Shown here piece by piece: positions 60,794 to 64,000 of a stretch of 64,000 nucleotides of DNA. Location of the stretch: positions 248,001-312,000 of the forward strand of contig CP060771.1 of NCBI GenBank assembly GCA_023205875.1, written 5' to 3'. The notes under the pieces were generated by a model that was not told the DNA's origin, did not search any database, and saw only the letters and a program-made list of their open reading frames with translations. The stretch is from Chloropicon primus. Lineage: Eukaryota. A program made the translations under genes and the position numbers. How positions within the stretch are numbered: position 1 is the first letter of the stretch; every line of letters begins with the position of its first letter.

Positions 60794-62047
60794 CTCTGAA
60801 TCGAATCGCTATCAATCACGACGATTGCTTCTCTCTCCCCTCGTGTGTGTGTGTGTGTGTGTGTGTCTGCCTCGCAATGCTCTCTGCTGTGCGTGCTGTT
60901 GCCTCTCAATGGCAACGCAAGCCACTCGAGGTGAGTTCAATGGTCCCAGGTGTCAGAGAGAGAGAGAGAGAGAGGGACACGCAAAGGTGATTCCCCTTCA
61001 CCCGAATACCCCTAACGCTGATGGCCTGAGCGCTTGGCCACCGAAATGGGTCGTGTCCACACAGAGACGCGTCCTCGTCCTCGTATGTTGTTGCGATCCA
61101 CTTGACAGCGAAAGATGACGGAGGAAGAACTTGGATGCCAATGCCTTAGCAGCCAGCAAACTTCTTGAAACGCCACCGGAATGGATTGGAGGAATGGACA
61201 CGCAAAAAGCAGAGACAGAGACAGAGAGAGATGACCCAAGAACAAGTCAGCATTCCATTGCGTTCACAAGGGAAGCATTCCTCGCGAGTGAGGCACCTTT
61301 GGTGTGATCTTTGGAAAGGGGAAGAAATTTTCCTTGGAATGGTTTGGACAAAACTTGTGAAAGATCTCGTCTTGGTCCTGAAAACGATCGCCGACTCACC
61401 TCCTTGGCTTCCTCTAACTCGTCCTCGTTCGCTCCTCTGCGCCCTTTCGATGAATCGGAGCGGCCCGTGGTACACTCCTATTTAACACATAGAAATCTAC
61501 TCCATCCCATTACACTTCATGTAGATTCTCTCCTAGACGTTCGTTTTCCTAGAAGAGCGTTTACACTCCAAAGTGGTCGAGCCGTAACTCCTTTGCTCCG
61601 CAGGGAGAGCTGTCAACGGGGGGAGGCGTGAGGACGCGTCTCGCTTCCCTTGCTCAACCGCGCATAGGCTCCCCCGTCCTCGAACCCAACAACAGCACGC
61701 CTGGGTGCCTCGGCCTCCACACCTTTCCTTGTCTTCTTCTTCTCTCATCTTCCTTCGCCTTTGCATCGATTCCTCTCCCTCCATTTTCAAGCCGATCGTA
61801 GAATTGGCGAAGTCCTCCAAGAAGAAACTCGCGTAACGGCTGTTCGGGCGTTACGTGAGTTCGCGCCTTCCCTTCGCCATCACATCAGGCGCGGTAGAAA
61901 AGCGAGGGGTGCCGTCGAACGTCACCGCGCAGAACCAACAACTCGACTCTTCCTTTTCTTTTCTTTTCTTGTTTCTTCCCTCCTTCGAGGAGAGGCGCGC
62001 TTGCTCTTGCCATTGTGTGATCGCCGACAATCGATAGTGCCATCAGC

Positions 62048-63529
62048 ATGAAGGGCCTTGCAGCTGTCGTGGTGTCGGCGCTGATGCTGTCATCCACGAC
62101 GAGCGGGGTCGTGCGCTGCCAGGAGATCCCGCAGTGGCTGAACGGGACAGCGCCGAGCCCGGCCGTCGAGGAGAGCAAAGGGTCCTCCCCCGCGACGACG
62201 AAGATTCCTGGCTGGAAGAAGGACAGGATGGAGCAAGCCGCCCTCTTCAAGGAGACCCCGTCCGACGTGGTGATCTCCGCCGTCCTCGCGGAGCCCTCGG
62301 GCAGGCAGAAGGAGTTCATCCAGCTGAAGAACCTCGGGGGGCAGGCCCAGGACCTCGAGGGCTGGAGGCTCACCCTGAAGAACTCGGGCGAGACCGAGGA
62401 GACCTTTGAGTTCGTGGCCTCCGACGGGTGCGAGACCACGATCCCGCCGCTCGGGTCCCTCCTTGTGCTGAAGAAGGACGTGCAGAACCCCTGCGGGTTC
62501 AACTTCGAGCTCGGGCCGAGCGAGGAGCTCGTCCTCTTCGAGGAGGGCGAGGACGCCGAGGGCGTCGACTCGGTGACTTGGGGCAATGTGGGCAGGGGCA
62601 TCGTCCTGTACAGGAACGCCGAGGACGAGTACGACAGGGCGCCCCAGAACGTGGAGGGCAACGTGATCGACACCCTGACTCGCCTCGGGGGCTTCAAGAA
62701 CATGCTCACCTTCCTGAAGCACTTTGACCTGGACAAGATCCTCAGCGGCCGCGGCGTCAGAAACACCGGAACCTGGCACAACAAGATCGTGAGGGAGATG
62801 CCCACGAGCATCCCCTACACCCTGTTCGCGATCAAGGACGAGGCCTGGGAGTCCCTCTTCAAGGAGATGGCCGGGGAGTGGGCGCCCCCCCTGACCGCCT
62901 CGGAGCTGCTCGAGATCGACGACGCCCTCGTGTTCGACATCATCTCCTTCCTGATGCTCGAGGACTCCTGGAACTCGAGGACGCTCAAGCTGAAGATGAG
63001 GGACAAGTCCTCCATGGCGTTCCAGACCGCCCACCCGGACAGGAAGGCCGTCCTTCAGCTCGACGAGTCCGGGACCATCCGCCTGAACTACGACTGCGTG
63101 GACTCCCCCAGCCCCGACGAGTTTGGCTGCGCCATCCAGAGGGGGTGGGGCAAGTGCCAGGAGGACTGGATGAATGACAACGGGTTCTTCTCGGGCAGGC
63201 CGCTGGGGTACTGCGAGTACGAGTGCGACAAGTGCTACTGCGACCCCCTGGAGGACAACTGCGCCAAGACAATCATTGCTGACGTCACCGCATCCAGCGG
63301 AGAGAAGGGAGTTGTCCACGTCATCGACAGACTGATCGAGGCGCCCCCGATCATGCCGGCTTGGGTGCCCACCGACGCCAACGGGAACCCGCTCCCGGGA
63401 AGCACCAAGAAGAAGTCCAAGTCCAGGAGAGCGGACAAGGAGAAGGAGGAGAAGAAGAAGTCTTCCTCCTCCTCGAGATCGTCCTCCAGGAGGACTTATC
63501 AGTACAACCCGTGGTGGGGTCGCAAGTGA
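62048..63529 (+). CDS. Secreted protein with lamin-tail-like domain, fasciclin (FAS1)-like domain and Cys-rich insert
   Basis: Signal peptide; VVISAVLAEP...EFIQLKNLG...DLEGWRL (LTD-like); YTLFAIKDEAW and GVVHVIDRLI (FAS1 H1/H2); Cys-rich CVDSP...CAIQRGWGKC...YCEYECDKC. Confidence 0.7.
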   Translation: MKGLAAVVVSALMLSSTTSGVVRCQEIPQWLNGTAPSPAVEESKGSSPATTKIPGWKKDRMEQAALFKETPSDVVISAVLAEPSGRQKEFIQLKNLGGQAQDLEGWRLTLKNSGETEETFEFVASDGCETTIPPLGSLLVLKKDVQNPCGFNFELGPSEELVLFEEGEDAEGVDSVTWGNVGRGIVLYRNAEDEYDRAPQNVEGNVIDTLTRLGGFKNMLTFLKHFDLDKILSGRGVRNTGTWHNKIVREMPTSIPYTLFAIKDEAWESLFKEMAGEWAPPLTASELLEIDDALVFDIISFLMLEDSWNSRTLKLKMRDKSSMAFQTAHPDRKAVLQLDESGTIRLNYDCVDSPSPDEFGCAIQRGWGKCQEDWMNDNGFFSGRPLGYCEYECDKCYCDPLEDNCAKTIIADVTASSGEKGVVHVIDRLIEAPPIMPAWVPTDANGNPLPGSTKKKSKSRRADKEKEEKKKSSSSSRSSSRRTYQYNPWWGRK

Positions 63530-63677
63530 GGAAGGCGCGCGCGGAGTCCACCGCCGCGCCGTTCTCAAGGAGAACTTTTTCACTTTCACTTTCGCTCGAG
63601 CATTCAAAAGTAAATTAGCATAACACCGTCACTTTGATCCATCTGCTGTTGTGCTTGCTCCCTTCGCCGACGTGCTC

Positions 63678-64000
63678 TCACGAGAAAGCGATCATCATCA
63701 GTATCAGAAGCAGCACCGCGAGGCCCGCCATGACGACGGATTGCCACTTCCCCATCTTCCGCCCCAGTTTGTTTATCATGTTTCTCGCCGTGGTGAGCCG
63801 GGCTTTGGTCGTGTCCACCTCCTCCTCGAGCTCGCCTATCACAGTAGTCTGCAGCTCGATCTCGCCCCCGATCTGCAGACCCATCTCGCCCACGCGCCTC
63901 GCCGCCACGCTCAGGTCGTCCAGGTCCTCGTCCTGCCTCCTCATGAGCATCTGCTGGCTCTCGAAGGTTCTGTCCGTCTCGTCATTCATGTAAGAGGAAA
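63678..64000 (-). CDS. Qc-type SNARE (syntaxin 6/8-like), 3' part only
   Basis: QDEDLDDLS...IGGEIELQTTVIGELEEEVD SNARE heptads followed by a C-terminal TM anchor; gene continues beyond the window. Confidence 0.85.
   Translation of the reverse strand, partial: SSYMNDETDRTFESQQMLMRRQDEDLDDLSVAARRVGEMGLQIGGEIELQTTVIGELEEEVDTTKARLTTARNMINKLGRKMGKWQSVVMAGLAVLLLILMMIAFS

Noticed and set aside
62090..63607. 505-aa minus-strand ORF, and similar long shadows at 33757-35418, 47514-49283 and 24684-27203
   Set aside because: Antisense frames of strongly codon-biased genes with V/L/G/H-rich nonsense composition.
1..64000. tRNA, rRNA, snRNA genes and transposases
   Set aside because: No T-loop/cloverleaf, rRNA or transposase signatures were recognised by eye; a tRNAscan-SE/Infernal run is needed to exclude small RNAs.

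Overview
Gene-dense eukaryotic nuclear DNA, GC-rich except for one AT-rich island. It has short GT-AG introns with CTGAC-type branch points, many microsatellites and about 33 protein-coding genes. Plastid- and lumen-targeted proteins, AP2 transcription factors and plant-type enzymes indicate a compact green-algal genome, and the style suggests a picoplanktonic alga such as Chloropicon (inference only). Recognisable genes include a RIN2/gp78-type E3 ligase, 3-dehydroquinate synthase, ureidoglycolate amidohydrolase, UDP-arabinose 4-epimerase, calnexin, SAYSD1-like, fmt, GlcNAc kinase, BUD31, CFAP70, TTC29, Tat-SF1, a GH27 glycosidase, DDX54, QCR7, eRF3, RPC1 and a nucleotide-sugar transporter. 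Several spliced genes broken up in the ORF track were rebuilt by hand. The most notable unexplained signals are: (1) a ~37-nt motif (CAAGTGAGGGCTCnTTsGAAAGnnCAAGAnAnGAnGC) occurring at least 12 times, nearly always co-oriented with and upstream of a gene; (2) a ~2 kb gene-free AT-rich island that is a candidate centromere; (3) an 87-bp tandem ankyrin-like repeat gene with fixed hypervariable positions; (4) two homologous introns flanking a 12-nt micro-exon; (5) a kinase/phospho-lyase fusion whose PLP lysine reads as Glu. No tRNA, rRNA, CRISPR array or transposase was recognised by eye.
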